From: Selaginella moellendorffii
Taxonomy: Eukaryota > Plantae > Lycopodiophyta
DNA length: 64,000 nucleotides
Direction of reading: 5' to 3'
Assembly: GCF_000143415.4 (NCBI RefSeq)
Contig: NW_003314343.1
Coordinates: 789,334 to 853,333 of the forward strand
Part shown: positions 1 through 11,462 of the stretch, one piece after another
Layout of the letters: each line of letters starts with the position of its first letter
Numbering within the stretch: position 1 is the stretch's first letter
Program-made: the position numbers and the translations under genes
The notes under the pieces: generated by a model
Databases searched by the model: none
What the model was told of the DNA's origin: nothing
The model's input: only the letters and a program-made list of their open reading frames with translations

Positions 1-922
1 TCATCTCCCAGGAATCCACCTCCTTTGCCTTGCTGAATTTCGCCACAACAAGTTTGCTCTTGCTACTCCGCCCAGCACGAGTTTGTGCTAACCTGTGATT
101 GTAATCCTACGCACACAAACAAAAACACATGAGAACTTCTGGCAAAGCAAGCTTACGCAAACCTGGAATGCTGTTGATAGATTTTGGACCCCCTTGTTGT
201 CAACTCTGTAGAGATCAGCAGTAATATATGATCGCGCAGCGGCACAGCAGATGATCTTGTTGCAACCTTCGACCGCTGCTTTCAGCGTCTCCGGCTCTCC
301 CAAATCGCCCACAACGATTTGCACCGAGCGAGGCAGCATCTCCAAAGTCTCGGGATCGGCATTTCGTACCAAAGCCTTCACAAAAGAATGAATTTTAGAG
401 AAACCAAAATGCCTCAAACATTTGCCCATTAGAGGCAAATGCCAAGAGAAGAAGAGACTCTACCTTAACTTTGTATCCTCGCAGCTGGAGCTTCCGGATG
501 AGAACCCGGCCAACGCGACTGGTAGCTCCCACGACCAGCAGCGTCGTAAACTCGGCGTTTGGGATGGTGAATTCGCACATTGGGCCGCCAACGAGCACAT
601 TGTCATCCCCATCCCGGGGCCTGGACGAGCCCGTGAACTGACCCAGATCCTTGATCCGCTGCCACACATCGTCGAAAGCCTTCCTCGACTTTCGACCCAG
701 ATCCACCGGGTTCACATTCTCCAGGCTGAGCGACAGTGGCGGCTGCTCCGGCTGCCGCTTGGGCGAACCTGTGGAAGAATTGGAGGGATCATCCGCGCAA
801 GCTGTGATCAAACGCGCCGGTTTGAAGCTCACCAGGCGGCTGGCGCTGCTCCTGTGGACGAGAGTGACGCCAAATGCGAGTTCCTGGCGGCCGGAAGCGA
901 GTCCCGCCACACTGGCAGCCAT
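1..922 (-). CDS. HCF173: High chlorophyll fluorescence 173-like atypical SDR/NAD(P)-binding protein, 5' exons (continues beyond left edge)
   Basis: Spliced exons (~463-922, ~162-377, 1-~90) read GGPMCEFTIPNAEFTTLLVVGATSRVGRVLIRKLQLRGYKVK|ALVRNADPETLEMLPRSVQIVVGDLGEPETLKAAVEGCNKIICCAAARSYITADLYRVDNKGVQNLSTAFQ|...RAGGSSKSKLVVAKF, matching HCF173 as I recall it. Transit-peptide-like N-terminus from ATG 922. Confidence 0.9.
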
Positions 923-1224
923 TGATTCATACACTCATCGTCATCCATAGCCATTTGACGCGCCACAAAAAGTGCCACGTGTAAAACTTAAAAGTTACCT
1001 AAAATGCTTTTAGTTAAGATTTTTTAGCTAACTAATAACTGTTAAAATACTTAACAGCGCAAGTAACAACAAAACATTGTTAGCAGTAGCAACAGCAATG
1101 GTATGTAGCCTGAAGATTTTACTTTGTTTTGGAAGAATGCATACCTCCTTTGCTTGGAAAGGCCACCAAGAGGAGCAATCTGTGCCGGAAGAACTTGGGA
1201 CATGAGCAAGAATTCTTAGAACTT

Positions 1225-1968
1225 TCAATGTAGCTGCACTTGCTTCTTAAATTCAGGGTCTTCCAACAGCTTTCTATCAATACACATGAATTCTATCCAC
1301 AGTGGATTATATTTATAATAATCCCTCCACATGAGCATGGCGTTCATGAACCATTCCCTCACCTGTGCGTATACCAAAGTCAGAATAATAATCACACAAT
1401 AACCCTTCCGAAACAATTTCCCCATCAATCTCTCCAAATTTGAGCTCCTCGTCAACCAGCTTACACTCGCCAGCCCCTCAATCGCCAGAGCGAAGTCATC
1501 CAGTTTGGCCAGAGCGGTGAGAAGCGGCACAAACCCTTCCAGCACTCGATCCTCCTCGTCCTCCCCATCGTACTGAGGAACCACAAAGCCATTGTTTGGC
1601 TGGACCAGCCAGTAATACTCATCATCATCAAGCCACACCGTTCACTTGCAATCCCTGTCAACCATTATCACGGAACAAATGTCTTTCAGAGACATGACCC
1701 TATCGATGCTTGGATCCGTATAAGACCTGCAATCGTCCCGGCAACATTATCTTAGAATTCGTCCCGAGGATAGCCTCAACTTTATATTGTAGACAATGCC
1801 ACTACAATAGGACTATGAAGAGCAGCTGAATACATAGAGATCATAGATGGCAGCCATGCTCTCCAGGAAAGGGATCAACCCAAGCCTCATGCCGATCTTG
1901 AAGCCACCTGGAGTCCAAAACCAGCACCTTTCAGACCCATATATTGTCAAGAAACATATCCGATCCAT
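1225..1968 (-). pseudogene. Degenerate NIF/FCP1-like (CTD small phosphatase-like) domain gene
   Basis: Read across stops: MRLGLIPFLESMAAIYDLYVFSCSS*SY...VIMVDRD...QPNNGFVVPQYDGEDEEDRVLEGFVPLLTALAKLDD. This resembles the NIF consensus (RPGL..FL..M...YE..VF; VIIVDN; QP.N...I..F.G...D..L..L.P.L..LA..DD). In-frame stops present. Confidence 0.6.
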
Positions 1969-2289
1969 ACTTAAATTAAAAAAGGGAGGGTTTCTCTAAG
2001 ATGCCGCTCGATTGGAGGATGTGCCAGAAATTCCCTTCCCTCTGGCGGAAAATGTAGGCTATCGGTGCGTTCTTTCTGGAGAGCTCCGCTCAGTGCGTCT
2101 TGTTCTTGCAGATTTCTCGCGATTTCGACTTGGTTGTGATCTAAGGCCTGGGACAGGAGGCGAAGATTGTGGCGATTCCCGTCCTTGTTGCGGCGTTGAA
2201 GGCGTGTGGCAGCTCCGGCGACGTGGATCTCGCGACAAAAATCCATGGCGATGCAGCGGAGAGCGGGCACGATTTCTACGTTGCAAACA

Positions 2290-2800
2290 CGCTGGTGAGC
2301 TTGTATGGATAGTGTGTGGCAACTTGGTGGAAGCTGAGAGAGTTTTTACGGGGATGGTGGTCTCTTGGGCGGCACTGATGCTGGAAAGCGGGGAAGAGGC
2401 ACTGGCTTTACAGGCACCACTGTCATGGATGACAAATGACAGGACCTTTGTTGCTGCTCTTAAGGCATAGCAGGCAAGGAAGAAGGCAGCAAAGAGTTGG
2501 AAGATGGTTCGTGAAAGCAGGGACGCTGGAGAAAGGCATGGATCTCCGTTCTCAAGCTTCAGACAAGCATGAGCTAGATATATTCGTGGCCAGCTCGCTG
2601 ATCGACATGTACGCTATCGTTCGGTGTGGGTGAGTTTTCGCAGCATGACCTGGTTTCGCTGGTTTCGTTGATGCTGGGGTACTTGGAAAACGGCCAGCCA
2701 GACCTTGGTTACACAGATTGTGGAAGTTTATTGAACGCTCAGGGGCTCTTCCAGACCATAATCTGGCACTCTGGAACACGCTGATACTCGGGTATGCTGA
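2290..2800 (+). pseudogene. PLS-class PPR gene fragments
   Basis: CGNLVEAERVF..MVVSWAALM..GEEALAL..NDRTFVAALKA; LDIFVASSLIDMY; LWNTLILGYAEN. Interrupted by stops and frameshifts. Confidence 0.75.
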
Positions 2801-3200
2801 GAACGTAGTGGACGAGAAGATCGCCATCCCTCTCTCGACCAGCTCAGCATGGCTGCAAGCTGAGAGAGAACCGACGCGAAAGTGATCCCGTTCGGCTCTC
2901 ATTTCTTCTCGTCACGCATTTGATCGAAGAGCTCGCGAGCTTGTAGTTCCCTATCCCCCAATCAAAGCATTCGAGACTTCCACCCGGAGTCGAAAGCATG
3001 CCGAGCTTCCACCATGCCTCCACACTTCCCATACGTGTCCACCAGCGAGGTTCGTAAAACGCAACCGTGGATCCATCTCACGGCCTCCAAAGCCAACAGA
3101 TTCCCACAAGCCTTGAGTGCGGCCTTGAAGCTCTAGGAATCCAGCGAGAGATCTTCTTCACGTTGTTGCAGCCGCGAGAAAAGAAGGCCACAGATGGTTC
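2800..3200 (-). pseudogene. PLS-class PPR gene fragments (opposite strand)
   Basis: SFKAALKACGNLLALEAVRWIHGCVLRTSLVDTYGKCGGMVEAR; LSACSHAELVERGMAIF. Confidence 0.75.
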
Positions 3201-3359
3201 CCACTTGTGCGTGACTGATATGCGAGTTCTTGGAGTAGAGGTTCTTCACGTGGTTGTAGGTGCCGGTCTAAAAGTTTGGGAATCGGAGAAACTCTAACGT
3301 CGGAAGATTCTCTTCAGCTTTGCATTCACCAAAGGAGTCTCAAAACTGTTGTTAAACTT

Positions 3360-3640
3360 GCCTGAAGCTGATCGACAACAAGAGCACAGGGAATCGACCC
3401 GACCGTCTTCCACTTGTCTTGGAACTTAACTTGGACTCCCACGACATCATTTTCCTGCAAGAGAATGGTGAGACCACCAACGTCGGAATGACTGCTCAGT
3501 CTGATTGCGAGCTCGGGGCTCGGGCAAGGAGGATAATAGTTGAGTTCCAGCGCTGCTTGGTGCTTACCAAATTCCCTCTCGAGATAGTCGGAGCCTAAGC
3601 CCAGACCCTCAGACAATGCTCGCAGGAGATGCCATGGCTT
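3360..3640 (-). pseudogene. 2-oxoglutarate/Fe(II) dioxygenase fragment
   Basis: LLRALSEGLGL...LELNYYPPCPSPELAIRLSSHSDVGGLTILLQENDVVGVQVKFQDKWKTV (HxD motif). No flanking exons carrying the distal His/RxS motifs were found. Confidence 0.8.
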
Positions 3641-5214
3641 GATCCACAGCAACCAACCTGGATGATCCATAGAAAAAACTCTTTAGAGGAAGAAAATAAT
3701 GCTGCACTTCACGAGGACAAGAGCTTTGCGAAGCGCTTGGAGGACAATGGAGGATAAAATAAAAGGCTGGGGAATTAACTGTCTAGTGTGACCCCAAAGC
3801 TGGTTAGTTCTAAATATTGTCCACATGAATTACATTCATAACTGTTCCTGTTAATTCCTTGATACTGGTTTAGGGTAGCAGCTTCTGAAGGATGTGAGAA
3901 CATCACAGTGACTTTAGTCCATATAGAACACCAACAAGCAAGATAGATTTTGATGCTTCTCCTTTTTTCTCAGACTCTTTGTAGCTTAGGAGTATTTTAA
4001 ATATTTTTATAAAGTATAGTTTAACCAAATTGAGAAAACCAGATTAAAGATCAAAATTCATCTAAATAGGATGCTTTTGTATGATAGACTTTGCTAACTG
4101 CAAGTAGTCTTTATTGTAAACTCCAGAATGCAAACACTCCTCAACACCTATGAGTGCCTTCAGACTTTCCTCAACCTTTGCCTCATGATCTTGTGGCTAA
4201 ACAAAGGCAAAATCTTTATTTGGTTAAGGATTAAGATTTTTAGTTCAAAAAGTTGATTTGAACTATTAGTAAGAGTGTGATTGATAAAATTAAAAGATTA
4301 GTGGTTAAGAAAGGGCCACTAGAATCATTGAACGAAATCCAAATGGTAAAATTAGGTGAGGAACACTAATATGTTAGATGATAATGGATTGTGGGAAAGG
4401 CAATAGGATGGATTTTTAAAAGCTCCGATTTAGTGAAAGTGGAAGCTCTAAAGGAAGGAGTGACAAGGTAACCAAATGATAAGGCTGTGAATAACTGTAG
4501 CACAAATTATGATAATTGAAACTTAGTGTTAAAAGTGGCATAAAATAAAAAAGAGGATGATAGTGCCCTCAAATAAAGAACTTCCTAGGATAAGGAAGTG
4601 GAGTTTGCACAATATATACAATGCAAAGTGTCAAAGACACCCAAGAAATTGACTTTGAGAAGTTAAAATTCTAAAATGTAATAGTTATATCGATAAAAAC
4701 TAAAACTATTCAAGAATGAGTAATGGGATTGATATAGAGAAAGTGTCTTTTACGGGTTTAATGAGAACTAAATCAATAAAAGGAGAGAACCACCACAAAT
4801 AGTCGAATGAGTCTTTATATTGGAGAGACTATGCTCCTTAAAAGATAGGTAAAGTATGGTGAGCGTTCAGTGTCGAACCATCAACGAATATTGGCTTGGT
4901 GTTAAGGATGGAAAGGGTAATACTTGATAGTATTACTTTATAAAATGATTTATCATTCAATGAGGACATCGAACTTCATCTATGTGAAACACAAATCTCT
5001 AAACCCCAAAATGGAACCAAAAGGGTGTTATATGGTGGTGGCCAAAGCAGAAGCTAAATGAGTGTAACACATTTGGACCAAGAGCTCCGATTTGGATAGT
5101 TGAGAGTGGGAGTGAAACTCCCAATGAAGTGTTCAAGAACAAGCATGTAACAAGCAGTAAGCGAGTCTCTAAAAAAGGGACATAAGAGGACTAATACATA
5201 ACACATAGAAATGT

Positions 5215-5470
5215 CGAGATGGAGTTCGAGAAGGAGTTTGAGATAGACTTGATAGAGAGTCCGAGATGGACCCGAAAAGGAGTTTGGGATGGACCCGAGA
5301 AGGAGTTTGAGATGAATCCAAGATGGAGTCCGAAATGGACCTGATATAGAGTTCGAGATGGAGTCCAAGATGGATTCAACATGGAGTTTGAGATGGACTC
5401 GACATGGAATTCAAGGTCAAGACCGAGACCGAGAACAAGACTAAGATTGAATTCGAGTCCGAGTCCGAGG
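5215..5470 (+). repeat. Degenerate ~11-12 bp tandem minisatellite (consensus ~ATGGAGTYCGAG)
   Basis: About 20 consecutive variants, e.g. atggagttcgag, aaggagtttgag, atggacccgag, atggagtccaag. Confidence 0.8.
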
Positions 5471-5982
5471 GTGAAAACCCAAAGTGTTCATCTCCTAGAC
5501 CCTAGGGTTTTAGTGAGCTCTAAAAGTATAATAGAGGGAAGACTCTAGTGGAGCTAGTTTGGCTAAGAAAAGCCAGTGTGACCAAAGAAGGCTATACCCA
5601 CATGTTGGGTGATGATATAACCATTGAAGAATCCAAGGTTAAAATGAATATAGACAAACAAATTAGATAGCTTGGTGAAGTGTTTAAGAGCCACTTCTAA
5701 CTCCCCTAAAAGATCAAATAGTCGATACTCCCAATCTAAGTGTGGGTGGCACTACTTACTTGGATATTTAGCATGACTTATTGGAACCTTGCTCTAGCCA
5801 CATGGCTAGAGCATTTAAAAGTAGAAGGTGGGGAGAGTGCCCATAAGGCTCATGTAGGGCCATGGTGTTTTGAAATGTCATCCTAAAGTCCCAAACTATG
5901 GAAAGGAAAAAGAGCAATCTTCTAATATAGTGATCAAAGATACAATCACATGGTGAAGAAATCCCAGAATATAGTGGGACTT

Positions 5983-6940
5983 TGTAGCGCACCTTATTTC
6001 TCTCCCCTTAAGCTAACTAGAAAAGGGGCAATTGCTTGATGAGAGAGCCCTTAGTAGCTATTTTATCCCCATTTATCCCCCAAGGTTCCAAGGATCCACG
6101 GTGACAGTATATCCATACAAAGTCCCACCTTATCTCTCTCCCCTTAAGCCAACTGGAAAAGGGGCAATTGCTTGATGAGAGAGCCCTTAGTGGCTATTCC
6201 TTCGTCCGTGGATACTCTACACAAGAGGAAGGACGTACGCATGGATGCCCAATACGTACAATTTCAAATTTAGGGGTAGGAATATACCTTGCTCAAGGGT
6301 ATATTATATTTCCATTTCCGCACTCAATCTACCAATCCTTCCATTGTGTAGACCAGCTATTCCATGTGAGGCAACTAGTCATCCACCCGTACCGCAGTCC
6401 CACAGTGGATACCTTCGTCCGTGCCCAATACGTACAATTTCAAATTTAGGGGTAGGAATATACCTTGCTCAAGGGTATATTATATTTCCATTTCCGCACT
6501 CAATCTACCAATCCTTCCATTGTGTAGACCAGCTATTCCATGTGAGGCAACTAGTCATCCACCCGTACCGCAGTCCCACAGTGGATACCTTCGTCCGTGG
6601 ATACTCCACACAAGAGTCCGTGGATACTCCACACAAGAGGAAGGACGTATGCATGGATGCCCAATACGTACGATTTCAAATTTAGGGGTAGAAATATACC
6701 TTGCTCAAGGGTATATTATATTTTAGGTAACCACTAATTAATGGGAATCGAACTTGTGCCATTTGCTCCAATACCAACTGTAGCGCACCTTATCTCTCTC
6801 CCCTTAAGCCAACTGGAAAAGGGGCAATTGCTTGATGAGAAAGCCCTTAGTGGCTATTTTATCCCCATTTATCCCCCAAGGTTCCAAAGATCCACGGTGA
6901 CAGTATATCTAAATCTCATCCCATGATCACATGCGCTACA
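5983..6940 (-). mobile_element. TRIM-like non-autonomous LTR element nested in the gypsy element
   Basis: Termini TGTAGCGCA...TGCGCTACA; identical 5-bp TSD GACTT (5978-5982 and 6941-6945); ~162-bp LTR at 6779-6940 with truncated copies at 5983-~6112 and ~6126-6197; tRNA-Met-like PBS (tggtattggagca on the minus strand) abutting 6779; no coding capacity. Confidence 0.88.
6245..6600 (+). repeat. 176-bp essentially perfect tandem duplication inside the TRIM, plus a partial third copy (~6657-6720)
   Basis: tgcccaatacgtacaatttcaaatttagggg...accttcgtcc occurs at ~6246 and ~6422. Confidence 0.9.
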
Positions 6941-9900
6941 GACTTAGTGGTTGGGCATTTGAGCCTTAACCTAGTGGCGGTGTTAGCGAGCACAACCGTG
7001 AATAAAAAGGGACTTAGTGGGGATGGAAGAAGGGACATTAGGGAATTAGTGGTCCAACACCACCTGCATCATAGTCCCGTTCCCCAAAGATGAAGCCATC
7101 CATCCATGAGTGATCCTCCCTTGACCACATCTTAGCACCCTTAGGATGCCAAGAAACATGGGGAATACCCTATGACAAAAGTGAATGGGCCTACCCTTAG
7201 CGTAATGGGTTGATTTGTTGGTAATACCTTTAGTGTTGGTTATAGGATTGAATATATGGAGCACTTGGATCAAGTGTAAATGTTAAGTGGCATAGATGCC
7301 ATTCTCGAGGCTAGCAAGTCTCTAAGTTTAGAATAGGAATTTATGGAAGTTGTGATTGAGACTCCTTCATGTGGTCCAATATGTGGTTAAATGACTAAAG
7401 TAGAATGGAAAATTTAGTTGCTTACATATTCCTCCTCTTAGTGGGTACAAACAGTAGCAACTTGCAAAACTTACTTCTATTGAGTAGTGTGAGTCATTGC
7501 TTCTATTGTGGAGAGGTAGGATATAAATTCTTGGAATGACTCAACAAGTATAAGATAAGGTCTCATGTTAATGTTATAAGGGAAGATGGTGAAGGTGAAG
7601 TTAAAGGTTAATGCAAACTACAAGAAAGAGGAGGTGAGTTACTTTCCTTAAGATTTTTTTACAAGCAATACAAGCATTGATCTGTTGATGTATCTTGTAG
7701 GCTTTGTTCATGGACACCAAATCCAAGTAATGCTTGATATAAGACTTAGTAAAGTTGTTAAGATTGAAAGCTAAGCAAATATCACCCATACACTAATAAT
7801 AGATATTATTATTTAGTACAATTTATGGATAGAATATTCAAAGTTTATTTGGACATATTTGTTATCATATATATCAATGATGTTCTAGTCTTTAGTGAAA
7901 TATTGAAGGATTATTTATGGAGTTAGTGTTTCAGAAATTGCATGAACATGAACTATATGCTAAGGAAAGTAAATGTGCTTTTGGACAATTGCATATAAAC
8001 TTTCTTGGGCATATAGTTAGTGGTGGCATAATTGAGGTGGATCCAAAAAAAGTGGAAGCAATAAAGTCTTGGGAAGTCCTGACTACTGTATTAAATGTTT
8101 GTTCTTTTCTCGGTTTGGGTGGATATTTTTGCAAGTTTGTTTGTAGTTTTGCAAATATTGCTCTTCTATTAACTAAGTTAACTAAATGTAGTATACCATT
8201 TCATTAAACACTAGCTTGTTAGTGTGTTTTTGTACAATTAAAGGAAATATTGATTATAATTCCTATTCTTAGGATTGCAAATCTTAATAAACCCTTTAAA
8301 GTGCATTGTGATGCATCTAGCTATGCTATATGTGCCATGTTGCAATAAAATTGTAACAATATAGTTAGTATTACTTTAAGGCAATATGGTTGTTCATTGT
8401 ATTTTATTCCAAGAAATTGGATGAAACCTAATAAAGATGGCCAATGCACGAGAAAGATATATTTGCTATAGTATTGGCATTGGAACACTAAAGAAACTAT
8501 TTGGGTACATACCAAGGTTTATATGGATAGTAACACACTAAGTTATTTTGCTATGTAGCCAAAGGTTATGCCCAAGCATGCTCATTAGCAAATAAAACTC
8601 ACTAGATTTGATATTGATATCATCTATAAATCTGGTAAAAACAATATTGTTTTAGATGAGTTGAGTTGTCAGGCTCAATTTTGGGCAATGTCGGCAATCA
8701 GTTTGGACTGGTTGGAGGATGGTTATGCTTCATATGAAAATGATCTATTGGTGAAGGTAATCTTGCACTATGTGGAGTTGACAAAGCAGAACTCTAGTAG
8801 CAAAGTGGTGAAAGTTGCTAGTCATGCCAATGCAAAGCTTTACTTCTCAGTTCGGGATGGATTTATTTACTATAAATAAGAAAGATTGTATTTTCCCTCC
8901 AAAGATTTGCAACAATTATTTCTGTAGGAAGATTATGATGTTTCGGCAGCAGGATATAGTGGTAAACGAAAGACTCTTGCTTCATTGAAAAAGGGATTTT
9001 TTTGGTTTGGTATAGAAGGCAATGTAGTGGATTATGTCCATTCTGCCAATAATATAAGTGAAGAACTCAAAAGCAGGCTAGGAAGTTGCAATGTATTCTA
9101 ATACTAGCTTGACCATTTTAGAGTATAACACTTGACTTCACCATTATAATACTTTGATGGTAGTTGTGGATTGGTTATCAAAGATTGTACACTTCATTCC
9201 AATTGTGGAAATAATGAATGTAAAGTAAATGGCAAAGCTTTTTTTTCCATGAAGTGGTACGGGTTCATAGTCTTCCTAAAGAGATAATCTTAGATAGAAA
9301 TTCAAGATTTACGAAAAAGTTTTAGGGCACACTATTCCAGTTATTCAGTATTAAGTTGAAGTTTAGTACAACTTATCATTCTAAAATTTATGGGCAAACC
9401 GAACATGTGAATGCTCAAGTTGAGGATTATCTATGGTTTTATATCACGGTAAACCAATGTGATTGGGTTGAGCATTTGGATACAGTAGAAATTTGTTATA
9501 CCAACATATTTCACAACGCTATTAACTATTCTCCATAGAAGATGTTGCAAGGGAATGTTCGTAAGGTTCCTTAATAGATTGTTTTATTGAAACTAATGTC
9601 CGAAGTGCAAGTTATTTAGACTTATGTAGAGCAGCTACACCAAGGTTGGTCTAGAGCTACTGAGGTGATGGGCAAAACTCAAAATAAATATCAATATAAT
9701 AAGGATCAGCATTGTTAAGATGTATCTTATTAAATAGAAGATTATGTATGGCTATCTTCCTAAAACTTGAATGCTAAGGAGTCTTTGTCTCAGAAGTTGT
9801 TACCAAGATATGTTAGGCCCTATTGAGTTTTGAAATAGATTGGTGATGTATCCTATTAGTTTGTCCAAACATTTCATTTACAATAACACTAATAAAACGT

Positions 9901-11462
9901 TGTTGACACCAAAGTCTTCACAAGTACGTTAATTTAGAAAATGCCAACAATGTTGATATATGTGACCAACCTCATCATATGCTTAATAATAAACATCATG
10001 GCTACAACCACATCCTCACCCTTGTTCTTGAACTTGAGTAATAGTAACATCAACCTTCATTAGAACATAACCATCTCCCATATGAAATGGAGTTAAAGAG
10101 CATGTAGTGAGAAGTGGAAGAAGTGATGTTTTATAACGTTGTATCATATGAAAAACATTATCAAAGGTGGCTAGAGTAAGTGCATATAAAATCCCACAAA
10201 ATCTTGACGAAGTGTTAACCACAACATTTCCAACTTGATCCTCTTCAATATATTTAGCTCCATATAAAGCAAGAAGTTTTAGAAACAAATGCTAAATTGC
10301 AAATAACCCTTGATGAAAACAATGTAATTAAAAAAAACATTATCACAATTGTCAACATATCCAAATATGCACTTGAAGACATATGAGAGAATGTTTCAAT
10401 CCATATAAATGGCTACACTTAAACCATTGTATTACTATAACACCATCCTTTAAAAACACATAAGAAACTTATGCAAATGCTAAATATCATCCCAAAAATG
10501 ATATGTAGCAATCATTGTAAAATGATTGAATCAATAATACATGTCATCTCTAGGATTTTGTAAACTCCTGAATTTGAACTTCTTAAGAAAGTCATTTAGC
10601 CTATTACTATTTAAACCCAAAAACACTTAACTCTAAGTATCCCAAAACCCTTAACCAATTGAAAAAAAAGGGTGAACTTTTATTTATGGGCCTTTTCTCT
10701 TTATATTTAAACCCTATAAATCATCTCTTGAATCATTCAACTTTGGTTGCTTACAATTCACTATGCTTTCTTGCAAGCAAGAGATTCCTACATAAGAACT
10801 TCAACTGAACACAAGGATTAGTAACAAAAGTAATAAGAGCAAAAGAGTTCTACAACATGCCATAAATACAATTATTAATTGAGTATGATTATTTAACTAC
10901 AACCACATAACATTGAGCAATTGCACCAACTATTGCTCTTAAGTTAAAGGAGGAAGATATTGCTTTGTTATAAAGATGAACAAAAAGGAAAAAGTAAAAA
11001 AGAAGAAATTGAAAAAACTATAGAGTGAGATTTAGATGATGCAAAAGCTAGATTTAATTAACTAAAATTCAAATTTAATTAATTCTTAAGAATAATTAAG
11101 ATTGCTTTTCACCTCCACCAATATGAGTGCATGGAATATAGAAATGGAATACATAAATATGCATATAAATTAACCCAAAAACTTTAATTTATATACAAGA
11201 GCAAATAATCCAAATTGAAACAAATCCAAAAATTATTAAAATCCTATTACGTTAATATTAACATAAAAAGGCAGATTGAAACCAATCATCACCCTAATAT
11301 GCATTATAGCCAAACCTCACACTTTTAATTTAAAATAAAAGAGAATGCATCAAAATGCTTTTAGAATAAAGGCAGCGATAAATGCTAGGCATCATTAAAA
11401 GCTCCTTTGGATCTCATGAAATTTCTAATAAATACACTCTCGAATTAAATACTGATGCCTGA

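Larger units (their letters stand above)
4300..9870 (+). mobile_element. Highly decayed Ty3/gypsy LTR-retrotransposon internal region (gag, RT, RNaseH, integrase); left boundary approximate
   Basis: Degenerate zinc knuckle CFYCGEVGYKFLE* (~7498-7540); RT IYINDVLVFS and LYAKESKCAFGQLHINFLGHIVS; RNaseH VHCDASSYAICA; integrase MVVVDWLSKIVHFIP...FSTTYHSKIYGQTEHVN; GPY/F-like KLLPRYVRPY (~9795). Order RT-RH-INT is gypsy type. Many stops. Confidence 0.85.

Noticed and set aside
1225-1638. DDDE/LDDF motifs suggesting a microbial-type terpene synthase
   Set aside because: Upstream and downstream motifs fit a NIF/FCP1 domain better; no NSE/DTE motif
5215-5470. Regular short repeats superficially like a CRISPR array
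   Set aside because: No unique spacers; eukaryotic context; degenerate minisatellite within a retroelement
9900-10900. AT-rich minus-strand coding-like remnant (possible Ulp1-protease or DNA-transposon piece, ..TQVQEQG*GCG..)
   Set aside because: Too degraded to assign by eye; needs BLASTX against TE libraries
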